Assembly: GCA_963667665.2 (NCBI GenBank)
Contig: OY763927.2
Coordinates: 864,001-928,000 of the forward strand
Source: Nitrosopumilus sp.
Lineage (GTDB): Archaea > Thermoproteota > Nitrososphaeria > Nitrososphaerales > Nitrosopumilaceae
DNA: 64,000 bases
Reading direction: 5' to 3'
Shown piece after piece: positions 44,045 to 53,194 of the stretch. The translations under genes and the position numbers were made by a program. Under the pieces are notes generated by a model. It had not been told where the DNA came from, searched no databases, and saw only the letters and a program-made list of their open reading frames with translations. Every line of letters starts with the position of its first letter. Within the stretch, counting starts at the first letter, position 1.

Positions 44045-47000
44045 CTAAACAACAAATATCTTAACTCCTATTTTTTCTTCTTCTGTAAGTGATTCATAAA
44101 CGTCTTGGATTTTTGGACTAATTGACCATACATGACACTCTTTGAATCCTAACTGTTTCCATTTTACCATATTTAGTTTGACATGACTTTTATGAGAATC
44201 GGACTCTGCGTTTGACTCTATTTCAACAGATATTGGAATTTCTTTTTCATAATCATAAGCTACAAAATCTGTTCGTAATTTGCCTTTCTTTACTTTTTGT
44301 GTAGCTACTGTGACAAAGTTTCCTTTTGAAACATAATGATCTGTTACCTTTTGAACCATCATTGGAATGTCTTTGGCACTTCCTACAGTCTCAGAAGAAT
44401 AATCAAATAATTGAGATTTTGTCTTATCTGTCAATGAATATACTCCCTTATGGCCTTCAGTTTTAGAAAGCATTTTTTTGTTTACCATGTTCTGCAGAAT
44501 GTCCTTAGACATGGTATCTCGATGAATTGTACCGCCTTTGAAGCTATCAACAATCTTTTGAAGTCCAAGTGGTGAATCTTTGAGAATACAACAAACCAAC
44601 CATTCATCTTCTGTTGGAGGCTCAAATGAGATATTCTTGAGCCATACATTGCTTTGAGAGGAATATTGCTTCATCAAAGAGTCGCCAACTACACCATGAC
44701 CGTATTTCTCCTTTTGAGATTCTATGAATTCATCTAGGAATTCCTTTGGCTGAGTATCTTTTTTAGGAAAAACTGGCCAAAACTGGATAGGTATTGGTTG
44801 GGTTTCCCCTGGAGCTGCAATTAATCTTACAGTCCAGGGATAGTATTCTTGTGTAGCTAGCTGCGATTCAATCTCTTTGGTATATGTTGGATCCCAAATT
44901 TGGCCAAATCTTTTACCATCTCTGCCAGAAACCTTTCCTACAAATTGAGTTCCTACATTTCCTGTAATAATTTCAAACAATTTATCATTAAGCTGAGTCG
45001 ATGTTTGATGTGCCAGTAACAATGATAGTTTGTATGATCTAGCTTGTGTCAACATTGATTCTATTATTGGCAGATTTGCAATATCTTGAAATTCATCTAA
45101 TGCCAAAACAACCTGTGTTCTGTCTTCTTCAATTTTGATTCTATCTGCTCTTTCTTGTATTACAAACCACAGCTTGATCACCAATGTTTGTTTAGCTAAA
45201 GTTATGATATGCTGAGGAATGTTTAGTGGTGATAATCTAATTATTGTGACATGTCCTGGTGAAATCAATTCATCAAAATTAATGGTTGATTCTCTGACAC
45301 AGAAAAGATGTCTCAGAATTGGGTCTGTTGCAAATTTCTCAACTCTATTCAATACTGGCTCATAAGCTTCTTTGGACATTCCTGCAATGGATTCAACTGC
45401 TTGTTGTAAAACAGCATCAGGCTTTCCTAATTCCTTGAACATTTTTGATAACATTTCTGTTCCATCTTCCTGGATAGAGATTATAATCTCATACAAATCA
45501 AGAAATGTTGGTTTGTCATTATTCAGATATAGATATTGTAGTAGTGTGTCTAGAATTCTTTTTAGTCTGACAAAAGAATCAGAGCCATTATACCAATATT
45601 CTATCATTGTCATAATATAACCAACATATTGTGAAACTACAGCTTCTCTGTTTTCTGGAAGATATGATGGAAGCTCCAAAATATTCATAGAGAATTTTGT
45701 TTGGATTGGATCCAAAAAGTGAACATTACCTTTTGCTAATGTTTCATTTTCGCATTGTCTTAGAAAATCATATGAATCAGATCCCTTTGGGTCAATTAGG
45801 ATGAAGGCATTTGGGAAATTTCCAGAAATATTTGAGAGCTCCAAATGTTTTGCAATTGCTCTGATTAGAGTGGTTTTTCCTGATTTGGTACCACCAACTG
45901 CATACATGTGAGTTGGAATATCCTCAGTGGATAGAACTATGCTCTTAGTTTCTGCTGAATGAATGAAATTACCATAGAAATTAGGTTCATCATAATTTAA
46001 CGTGGAATTTCTTGAATAATATCCAAGACAATAACCAATTTTGTTCATCTGTTGTTGTGGCATTGATTGTTTTCGGGTGATGGTTAGATGCTTTGTGGTG
46101 CTGTTAGGTAAATGAATGAACAATCCCAATTCACTTGGAATTAATAACAAAAATGGTGGCGATTTTCTTGTCTTATATTTTCCACTCCAAGATTTTGAAC
46201 AATAATCATTTACTATTTTTGGGAATTGATGTATAGGATCAGGAAGTAGTCTGTCTGGAAATATGTCTATCTTTTGTTTTTTTGTTTTCTCTGAATTTAT
46301 CTTGATGTATTGTGGATTTTTTTCTGAATAAAAATTATCATATTTGTAGATATTTTTGGTAACATGCTCAAAATTTGAGCGGATATTTTCAACTGGTAAG
46401 GATTCTATTTCTGAGAAATCTAAATCCAAATCAACATTTGATTCTACCAATCCTCTAACAGACAACAACACATGTGAGTCCTGAGTCTTCATAGTGCTGT
46501 GTTTTTCTAATACTTTGAAATTTGTTGCAAAGTCGTGAAACTTTTCTGGATGTTCTCGTCCTTCAGTTTTACTTGTGAATAGCATATCTGATGTACTGTA
46601 ATAGTCATTAGCTGTTACTGTCTTGTAATGGTTTTTGATATTAGTTGAATGAGATTGTAGTTCTTTCACAAAAGAATGGTTTTTGAATACTAGCTGAATC
46701 CATGCGTATTTTGAAAGCTGGATGGTATTTGCAATTTGTGTGATTAACAGATGTGCTTTTGCCTGATCAAAGACTGTTGTATAATGACCGTGCTTGTATC
46801 CTACATCAAATATTTGGTAATCCTTGTTTTTATCAAACCAGTCAGGAACCAAATAATCAATATCTTCAAAATCAATATTTTGATACATGTTGTAAAATGA
46901 CTGTTTTAGCTTGTCAAGATCGTGGGTTGATGCCACCAAAACTATGTGAAGTTGTTGTTTTTCTGAATCCCACCATAACTCCATTGAGCGAATTCCTGCA

Positions 47001-47161
47001 GAAATTATTCCCCCTACGTTGTTTATTGCGTTTTTTACGTCCATAGTTGTTGGAATTGAAATAAAACACGCCTTGAGTTCAGTATTTGTTCCTACAAATC
47101 TTTCTGTTTGGTCTAATAATCCTGGAATATTTTTAGAGTTTGAAAGCTTCCAATTAGCCAT
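44045..47161 (-). CDS. VirB4/VirD4(TraD)-HerA-type ATPase with C-terminal wHTH and PD-(D/E)XK-like domain
   Basis: HMYAVGGTKSGKT, LIDPKG, LDEFQ, QARSY..LLLAHQ; C-terminal RTDFVAY..VEIE. Confidence 0.85.
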   Translation of the reverse strand: MANWKLSNSKNIPGLLDQTERFVGTNTELKACFISIPTTMDVKNAINNVGGIISAGIRSMELWWDSEKQQLHIVLVASTHDLDKLKQSFYNMYQNIDFEDIDYLVPDWFDKNKDYQIFDVGYKHGHYTTVFDQAKAHLLITQIANTIQLSKYAWIQLVFKNHSFVKELQSHSTNIKNHYKTVTANDYYSTSDMLFTSKTEGREHPEKFHDFATNFKVLEKHSTMKTQDSHVLLSVRGLVESNVDLDLDFSEIESLPVENIRSNFEHVTKNIYKYDNFYSEKNPQYIKINSEKTKKQKIDIFPDRLLPDPIHQFPKIVNDYCSKSWSGKYKTRKSPPFLLLIPSELGLFIHLPNSTTKHLTITRKQSMPQQQMNKIGYCLGYYSRNSTLNYDEPNFYGNFIHSAETKSIVLSTEDIPTHMYAVGGTKSGKTTLIRAIAKHLELSNISGNFPNAFILIDPKGSDSYDFLRQCENETLAKGNVHFLDPIQTKFSMNILELPSYLPENREAVVSQYVGYIMTMIEYWYNGSDSFVRLKRILDTLLQYLYLNNDKPTFLDLYEIIISIQEDGTEMLSKMFKELGKPDAVLQQAVESIAGMSKEAYEPVLNRVEKFATDPILRHLFCVRESTINFDELISPGHVTIIRLSPLNIPQHIITLAKQTLVIKLWFVIQERADRIKIEEDRTQVVLALDEFQDIANLPIIESMLTQARSYKLSLLLAHQTSTQLNDKLFEIITGNVGTQFVGKVSGRDGKRFGQIWDPTYTKEIESQLATQEYYPWTVRLIAAPGETQPIPIQFWPVFPKKDTQPKEFLDEFIESQKEKYGHGVVGDSLMKQYSSQSNVWLKNISFEPPTEDEWLVCCILKDSPLGLQKIVDSFKGGTIHRDTMSKDILQNMVNKKMLSKTEGHKGVYSLTDKTKSQLFDYSSETVGSAKDIPMMVQKVTDHYVSKGNFVTVATQKVKKGKLRTDFVAYDYEKEIPISVEIESNAESDSHKSHVKLNMVKWKQLGFKECHVWSISPKIQDVYESLTEEEKIGVKIFVV

Positions 47162-47269
47162 AACTGCAAATACTGAGGAATTATTTAAGATGAAAAATGG
47201 CTAGTTCAGTGGCGAACTAATATCGATTGTCAGTCAATTTGTATACTGTTTTTTTCTAATTAAACATTG

Positions 47270-47307
47270 TGGACGGGTCGGGATTTGAACCCGAGACCAA
47301 TCGACTG
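47270..47307 (-). tRNA. tRNA 3' fragment (probably tRNA-Ala), not a full gene
   Basis: CAG TCGAT TGGTC TCGGG TTCAAAT CCCGA CCCGTCC A: T-arm intact; U70/A73 fit Ala identity; 5' half absent. Confidence 0.7.
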
Positions 47308-47522
47308 GGTTCTGTAACATCACCGGTTGGATCTTCTTCGTGTAACACATCGGTTGGTTTTTGTGCAAATCTACCAAAGTTTGGTCATTAAATCTCCCAT
47401 CGGGTTTTGTCAGATCAGCAATACTCCCCACTTTTGTTTATAACTCTAATCTTAATTTTCAAAAAATCATAAATTTTTTGTTGACTGTTAATATTATATT
47501 CTATCAAATCGTATAGTATTAC

Positions 47523-47777
47523 ATGCATTGGATAGGATGGTTAGCAGCTGGAGTACTTGCATGCATTGCTTATGACAAGTTACCTTCAGAAAATAAACAA
47601 AAATGGGAAACTGCAATTAAATCTCATCATGGTGAGTGGGGATTAGCTGGTGTTGCAGGTGGGTTAGCTACTGATAATCTTGGTTTAGCTGCATTTGGTG
47701 CAGGTCTAACTCTACACGATCTGCCTGACAAAAATAAATGGTTTACAGGCGATAAGAAAAACAACGTTTCATTCTAG
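47523..47777 (+). CDS. Small Gly-rich hydrophobic protein
   Basis: HHGEWG...GAGLTLHD motif. Confidence 0.6.
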   Translation: MHWIGWLAAGVLACIAYDKLPSENKQKWETAIKSHHGEWGLAGVAGGLATDNLGLAAFGAGLTLHDLPDKNKWFTGDKKNNVSF

Positions 47778-47851
47778 TCTGCGTTCTTATTCATTTCAAA
47801 CTGAGTTAATTGACCACAGTATTTTTTGCATATGCATAATCTGTCAGTCTG

Positions 47852-48127
47852 ATGGTTTCAAAAAAAGCAGTTCACTTGCTAGAATTACTATTGCAAGGAG
47901 ATATTATGTTACGAGATGGAATGCTTGATCCATCAAAGAAATGGAACTCTGAGCATGATGCCTTTCACAGTCTAGTCCAAACATATGCTGGTCTTTTGGA
48001 TCAAAATATCCAAATCTTAGAAGCAATCCAAAAGGAACTTCATGTAAATTGCAAACATCCCAAGAAAATGAGGGATAGAACCTCTGATGGACAGTGGTAT
48101 TGTATGAATTGTAATCTTGATCTATAA
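47852..48127 (+). CDS. Small protein with C-terminal Zn ribbon
   Basis: CKH...CMNC. Confidence 0.6.
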   Translation: MVSKKAVHLLELLLQGDIMLRDGMLDPSKKWNSEHDAFHSLVQTYAGLLDQNIQILEAIQKELHVNCKHPKKMRDRTSDGQWYCMNCNLDL

Positions 48128-48211
48128 TCCTAATTGAATTAAAATGGTTTTAGTTTAACTAAACAATATCTGATTTAGTGAAAATAAATACTACTGATCT
48201 ATTCTAACTTT

Positions 48212-48766
48212 GTGCAGGGATTAGATGTTTTTGATACTTTAGGCTTAACCTTAGCGTCTAATGATAATAAAATTGTAGGACGCACAACCATTCAAAAACT
48301 AATTTATTTTGAAACTATTAAAATTCCAGAAATTAAATTAAATCAGCCTTATTTTGCCTATTTTTATGGTCCATTTAACAAAAATGTGGCAAAATCTCTT
48401 GAACAAATGGTAATTCTTGATATTTTCGAAGAACATAGAACATATGACAACCATGGAAGTTATGTCTATAAAGTATCAGCCAAGGGTAATCCTCTGATCA
48501 ATAAACTTGTAAAGAAATCTGGAAAAATATTTGATAAAATTGAAAATATTGTTCATACATGTAATGAATACTGTAAATTAGATCCTAACCCACTATCTTT
48601 TGCAGCCAAAGTTCATTTCATGATGAGTTCTCCAAAATCTAAAAAAACCATGACGAATAACGAATTAATGAAGTTAGGAAAATCATTAGGCTGGAAATTA
48701 TCCAGATCTGATATAAAGGGTGGATCTGAATTGTTAAATCAGCTTAACCTTGTTAAAATCCAGTGA
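48212..48766 (+). CDS. YwgA/Panacea(DUF4065)-like protein
   Basis: GRTTIQKLIYF...YGPFNKNV. Confidence 0.7.
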   Translation: MQGLDVFDTLGLTLASNDNKIVGRTTIQKLIYFETIKIPEIKLNQPYFAYFYGPFNKNVAKSLEQMVILDIFEEHRTYDNHGSYVYKVSAKGNPLINKLVKKSGKIFDKIENIVHTCNEYCKLDPNPLSFAAKVHFMMSSPKSKKTMTNNELMKLGKSLGWKLSRSDIKGGSELLNQLNLVKIQ

Positions 48767-50066
48767 TAAACAATATTTCTCTTACAAATCTATTAGAGAT
48801 CCATTATATGGCTTCATTAATTTATCCAAAAAAGAAACAGAAATTATTGACACGTATGCATTTAGAAGATTACAAAACATCAAACAGCTCTCACATGCAT
48901 ATGTAGTATATCCATCAGCAGTACATACTAGATTTGAACATTCGTTAGGTGCTTTACATGTTGCCGATAGAATGTGTCAACAGTTAGGACTAGAAAGAAA
49001 AAAAAGAGAACTTGTCAGACTATCCATTCTTTTACATGATATTGGTCATGGTCCATTTTCTCATTTATTTGAACAGGTTTTAAAAAAAATCAATAAGGAA
49101 CAATTTGAACATGAAGATATTTCTACCTGGATTATTAACGAAAATTCTGAAATATCTTCAATTGTCAAAAATTATAAAAAATCAATAATTGAAATTCTTA
49201 AAAAAGACGACAGAGTTCCAAAATGGGAGTCTTCTGGCAACTCTCTTTTATCAGATATTGTTTCTAGTGGTCTTGATGCAGATAAACTAGATTACTTGAG
49301 ACGAGATTCTTATCATATTGGTGTTGCTTATGGACAATTTGATTTAGAAAGAGTTATTCAAACAATTAGATCAAATCAAAATAAAACTCGTCTCTGCATT
49401 GATGGTAAGGGTAAAGATTCTGTAGAAAATTACCGATTGGGTAGATATCTAATGCATGCCCAAGTATACGAACACCATACCAGAATTGTAGCAGATTCAA
49501 TGTTTTTGAAAGCCTTAGATTTAGCAATTACAAAGGAAAAAATTCTTGATAAAAAATTACTTACTATATCAAAAAATTCTTCTCATAAACGGTTTCTAAA
49601 ATACTATTTAGAATTAGATGATAGAAACATCTATGATACTATTCTTAAAAAACCACGTTCCGAAGCTGCAAAACTTCTAACTGCCATAAAACAACGTAAA
49701 TTATTGAAAAGAGCTTGTGATTATCCTATAACCTCTATGGTTAATGCAGATGTAGCCGAAAAAATTATAAAAATGAATACAAACGAATTAGAAAAAGAGA
49801 TAGCCAAAAAAACAAAAATTAACATCAATCAAATCATTGTATATTTCTCAGAAATTAACATAAAGTTATACGACAAACGTGACATACTAGTTCTTTGGAG
49901 AGGACAGCTAAAAGATTTCAATGATCTTTCCCCAATTTCAGCTCAATCATCAGTTCAAAGACTTTTGGTTTTTGGACCTAGAGATGATAACAAACGGAAA
50001 AAAATCACACAAGAAGTAGCAAACTATCTTAATATTCCAATGAAAGAAATTCGTCCAATGAGTTAG
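48750..50066 (+). CDS. HD-superfamily dNTP triphosphohydrolase (SAMHD1/YwfO-like)
   Basis: RDPLYG, RRLQNIKQL, HTRFEHSLG, LHDIGHGPFSH, DADKLDYLRRD, VYEH. Confidence 0.9.
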   Translation: MLKSSDKQYFSYKSIRDPLYGFINLSKKETEIIDTYAFRRLQNIKQLSHAYVVYPSAVHTRFEHSLGALHVADRMCQQLGLERKKRELVRLSILLHDIGHGPFSHLFEQVLKKINKEQFEHEDISTWIINENSEISSIVKNYKKSIIEILKKDDRVPKWESSGNSLLSDIVSSGLDADKLDYLRRDSYHIGVAYGQFDLERVIQTIRSNQNKTRLCIDGKGKDSVENYRLGRYLMHAQVYEHHTRIVADSMFLKALDLAITKEKILDKKLLTISKNSSHKRFLKYYLELDDRNIYDTILKKPRSEAAKLLTAIKQRKLLKRACDYPITSMVNADVAEKIIKMNTNELEKEIAKKTKININQIIVYFSEINIKLYDKRDILVLWRGQLKDFNDLSPISAQSSVQRLLVFGPRDDNKRKKITQEVANYLNIPMKEIRPMS

Positions 50067-50102
50067 AAAACACAAAAATAATTATGAATTTAACTAAAAA
50101 TT

Positions 50103-50510
50103 ATGAATTTTAAATCTGAAATTAACCGAGACGAATTAATTCAAAAAGCTAGGGAAGCAAAAGAATTTGCTTATTGTCCTCACTCCGACTTTAAGGTTGG
50201 TGCTGCACTACTCTTAGAAAATGGAAAAATCATACTAGGTTGTAATGTGGAGAATATTTCTTATGGTGCAACAAACTGTGCTGAAAGAACAGCAATCTTC
50301 AAAGCAATATCTAATGGAGAACAATCATTTCAAGCAATAGCTATCTCGTCTTCTAGTTCTCCTGATAAACCAATTTACCCATGCGGAATTTGTAGACAAG
50401 TCATGGCTGAATTTAATCCTGAAATGATTGTCTATGTTGACGGAGATGAAACTTCTTACAAATTATCAGAGTTATTACCAAAATCATTTGACGAAAATCA
50501 AATGAAATAG
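50103..50510 (+). CDS. cdd: Cytidine deaminase (homotetrameric type)
   Basis: VGAAL, GCNVEN, CAERTA, PCGICRQ. Confidence 0.9.
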   Translation: MNFKSEINRDELIQKAREAKEFAYCPHSDFKVGAALLLENGKIILGCNVENISYGATNCAERTAIFKAISNGEQSFQAIAISSSSSPDKPIYPCGICRQVMAEFNPEMIVYVDGDETSYKLSELLPKSFDENQMK

Positions 50511-50595
50511 AATAATCTCTGTTAGACAGAAATTCAATATTTCATCTACATGAATAGAGATCAACTGATAAAATTATTCATAATAACTAACATTA

Positions 50596-50985
50596 TTAGA
50601 TCCTTTTTGAGCGTGGAAGTACAAATCCTGATTTCGTAGGAATGTCTTCGGGAACTGCCTCGTGATAACCATGCAATAATTGATACATAACCTTGTTGAA
50701 CAATGATATTTCAAATTTACTCTCTGAAAAATTATCATAAAACTCAAAAGAATCATCATCATTATAAAAAAACTCTACAACTGATTCATACCAATTCTCT
50801 CTGGGATTTTGATCGTAGATAATCATCTTCCTTAATTGTTCTAAATCTTGTTTTGCACATTCAAGAAATCCATAAATGCCTCGAAGATGTACTTCTGTTT
50901 CTCTAGCAAAACTTTCTGCTCTTTTAATATTATTTTCCAGTTGTTTTAATCGATATGTTAATGCACCAGCTTCTCTTTGATCCAT
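50596..50985 (-). CDS. Hypothetical coiled-coil protein, virus/MGE-like
   Basis: Last gene of a tightly packed operon headed by the Cas4-like gene. Confidence 0.6.
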   Translation of the reverse strand: MDQREAGALTYRLKQLENNIKRAESFARETEVHLRGIYGFLECAKQDLEQLRKMIIYDQNPRENWYESVVEFFYNDDDSFEFYDNFSESKFEISLFNKVMYQLLHGYHEAVPEDIPTKSGFVLPRSKRI

Positions 50986-50997
50986 TTTTTATGCCCT

Positions 50998-51228
50998 CTA
51001 AAGTTCCACTGTATCTAAAATTTTATGACCAAATTCTTTTGCATTTTCAATTGTTAATTGTGAATCTCCATCTACATAAATTGCAGAAACAATTCCAAGT
51101 AAGACTATAATTCCAAATAAAGTAAGAATAATACTCATTTCTTTCCTCCTTGTGCTCTTTCTAGTTTTCTTGAAAAACTTGTTACTCTTTCGTTCCAATA
51201 TGGGAACATATTTTCTGCATGTTTCCAT
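50998..51228 (-). CDS. Small membrane protein (start probably at MSIIL, ~51138)
   Basis: Single TM helix; ATGA-type overlap with the upstream ORF. Confidence 0.45.
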   Translation of the reverse strand: METCRKYVPILERKSNKFFKKTRKSTRRKEMSIILTLFGIIVLLGIVSAIYVDGDSQLTIENAKEFGHKILDTVEL

Positions 51229-51374
51229 CTACCATATTCTCGATTAGAGAGATTTTCTCGAATCTTTGAACCATATACATCAACTACTCTTTTGTAGTAA
51301 GCAGTCATTGCAATTGCCTTATTCAGATTTGGTAAGACATAGAATTGAATAATCAGCCACGAAAATAGGCTCAT
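51135..51374 (-). CDS. Hypothetical protein
   Basis: Translationally coupled in the operon. Confidence 0.5.
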   Translation of the reverse strand: MSLFSWLIIQFYVLPNLNKAIAMTAYYKRVVDVYGSKIRENLSNREYGRWKHAENMFPYWNERVTSFSRKLERAQGGKK

Positions 51375-51610
51375 TTCATCTCCTCCAATGTTTTATCAGA
51401 GAATTTCATTTGATTTTTTGAGAGAGTTTCTTTCCTGTCATCTTTGACTTCCTCTTCATTAATTTCCTTGAATTCTAGTAACAATTTCATTCGAAATTGC
51501 TTCTCTAGCATTTGCATGCATGGAACTGTAAATTCTTGCATTTGCATGCATAGAGGACAAAAATAATAATCCTCAGTATCTATAGTCATTTCTTGTTTTA
51601 CCTTATTCAT
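51371..51610 (-). CDS. Hypothetical protein with CxxC
   Basis: CPLC; coupled to the Cas4-like gene. Confidence 0.5.
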   Translation of the reverse strand: MNKVKQEMTIDTEDYYFCPLCMQMQEFTVPCMQMLEKQFRMKLLLEFKEINEEEVKDDRKETLSKNQMKFSDKTLEEMK

Positions 51611-52367
51611 TTTCTTTTTCCTCCTTTGATTTTGGGATAGACAATGGTTTATCAGTTAATCCATTTCCATCCTCAAAGCATCTTGTCTGGTATTTACAAA
51701 ACTTGCAGAGTCCAGATGTTTCTCCATTTGGAATTTTGTCATGTGTCTTACCATCTTCAATTTCCTGAATTCTAGTCTTTATCCAGTCTGTTAGATCTCT
51801 TTTTTCTACTTTGTATGTTACAATATCAGACATGTCTGCATAGACAATGTTTAGATTCTCTACTGGTACGTATTCTGAAAACATTGTATCATAGCATTGT
51901 AGTTGCAAGATATGTTCGAGTTTTGGCAAGAATCCTTGCTTTATTTGCCATCTAACAAACTTTGTAGTTTTTAGATCAATGATTGTCTTTGTTTTCCAAT
52001 CATACATGTCTAGTCTTCCTGCTAGTGTTGCTACTTTTCCATTCTTTAATGGAACATGATACTCAATATCCATCTCACGCCATTTGTAAGCATATGTCAT
52101 GTTGTGAAGAAAATCACCACGAACAGTAGCCCACATTGATTCAAGTGTTGTATCTGCTAGAAGTTCTTCTTGAGATATTCCTAGTTGTTTGTATAGAGAT
52201 TTTCTTTGACATCCAACTAGTTCAGTCACAGAATATCTAGACTTCCAGTTTTTGGTAAATACACCGTTTCGTTTTTGTAAAAAATTAATGATTCCTTCTG
52301 GTGCATCTATTTCTTTTGCTAAAGCGATTTGGCCGCTACCCATTTGTTTTGAAATCTTTTGTTTCAT
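51603..52367 (-). CDS. Solo Cas4-like PD-(D/E)XK exonuclease
   Basis: C..RK, RG..LH, GRLD, IDLK, QLQCY, CKFCKY..RC (four Fe-S Cys). Confidence 0.85.
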   Translation of the reverse strand: MKQKISKQMGSGQIALAKEIDAPEGIINFLQKRNGVFTKNWKSRYSVTELVGCQRKSLYKQLGISQEELLADTTLESMWATVRGDFLHNMTYAYKWREMDIEYHVPLKNGKVATLAGRLDMYDWKTKTIIDLKTTKFVRWQIKQGFLPKLEHILQLQCYDTMFSEYVPVENLNIVYADMSDIVTYKVEKRDLTDWIKTRIQEIEDGKTHDKIPNGETSGLCKFCKYQTRCFEDGNGLTDKPLSIPKSKEEKENE

Positions 52368-52400
52368 ACATTATATAATGAATGATGTTTAGTAGGTTTA

Positions 52401-52432
52401 AATTTGGATTATACAAATAATATTTGTACTAA
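52401..52432. promoter_or_regulatory. 32-bp operator/BRE box, copy 1
   Basis: AATTTGGATTATACAAATAATATTTGTACTAA; 29/32 match to copy 2; 33 nt from the Cas4-like ATG. Confidence 0.8.
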
Positions 52433-52447
52433 ATAGTATTTTTACAC

Positions 52448-53194
52448 CTAGATCGTTCCAATTCTAACTTGAGTATCAATCCACACTTGTAAAATCTCAA
52501 TAAACTCATAAACTGAAAAAATTACTAAATTCGCCAAAGTGATATAATTTCCTGGATGATCAATTCCCGATATTGGTTCTGAGATCTTTCTTTTTGCAAG
52601 ATCAAACTTAGCACTGAAAAAAGGTTCTTCTTTATGTGTTTGAAAATTTCTCATGTTATTTAGAACGTCTATAACTCCTCCATAATATTCATATAATTCA
52701 TTTTTTGCTTTTCTCCAATCCATACTTTGTTTATTGTCTTTTCTGCTTCTTGTTGTATATGGATTATTTTGTACATTTTGATAACGAATTTTAATATTTT
52801 CCCGATTAAATTTTTCTAAGAGATTATGCAAAGAATCATCTGGTTCCAATGCATGTTCACAAGAATTTTTCAAATAACCTTTGAATAATTTTAAAAACAT
52901 ATCTTTTAGTGCATGAGGAATATTTCTCAATAATTCATTTTCAATCCGCTGTAATTCATCGAAATCTTTAGGTATTGGAAAGTCTGTAGGAAAAATACTT
53001 GGAATAATACCTTGAGATAAATCATCATATGCCTTTTTAATATTTTCACTCACGTCTGGTGTAATTTCTTCAGTTGTTTTCATTAACTCAATAATTTTAT
53101 CATTTAATGATTCCCAGATCAAAGTTTGTGTGTCTTTTACTCTAACTCTTAAAATCAGATAACGATCAAAATTTGAAATTTCTTTGTTTGTCAA
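52448..53194 (-). CDS. HEPN-like protein
   Basis: Helical; NMRNFQTH (RxxxxH); start abuts the stop of the RM gene. Confidence 0.65.
   Translation of the reverse strand: MTNKEISNFDRYLILRVRVKDTQTLIWESLNDKIIELMKTTEEITPDVSENIKKAYDDLSQGIIPSIFPTDFPIPKDFDELQRIENELLRNIPHALKDMFLKLFKGYLKNSCEHALEPDDSLHNLLEKFNRENIKIRYQNVQNNPYTTRSRKDNKQSMDWRKAKNELYEYYGGVIDVLNNMRNFQTHKEEPFFSAKFDLAKRKISEPISGIDHPGNYITLANLVIFSVYEFIEILQVWIDTQVRIGTI

Noticed and set aside
51603-52367. Functional CRISPR adaptation module for the array
   Set aside because: No cas1/cas2 or effector genes in the window; 30 kb from the array and in a virus-like operon
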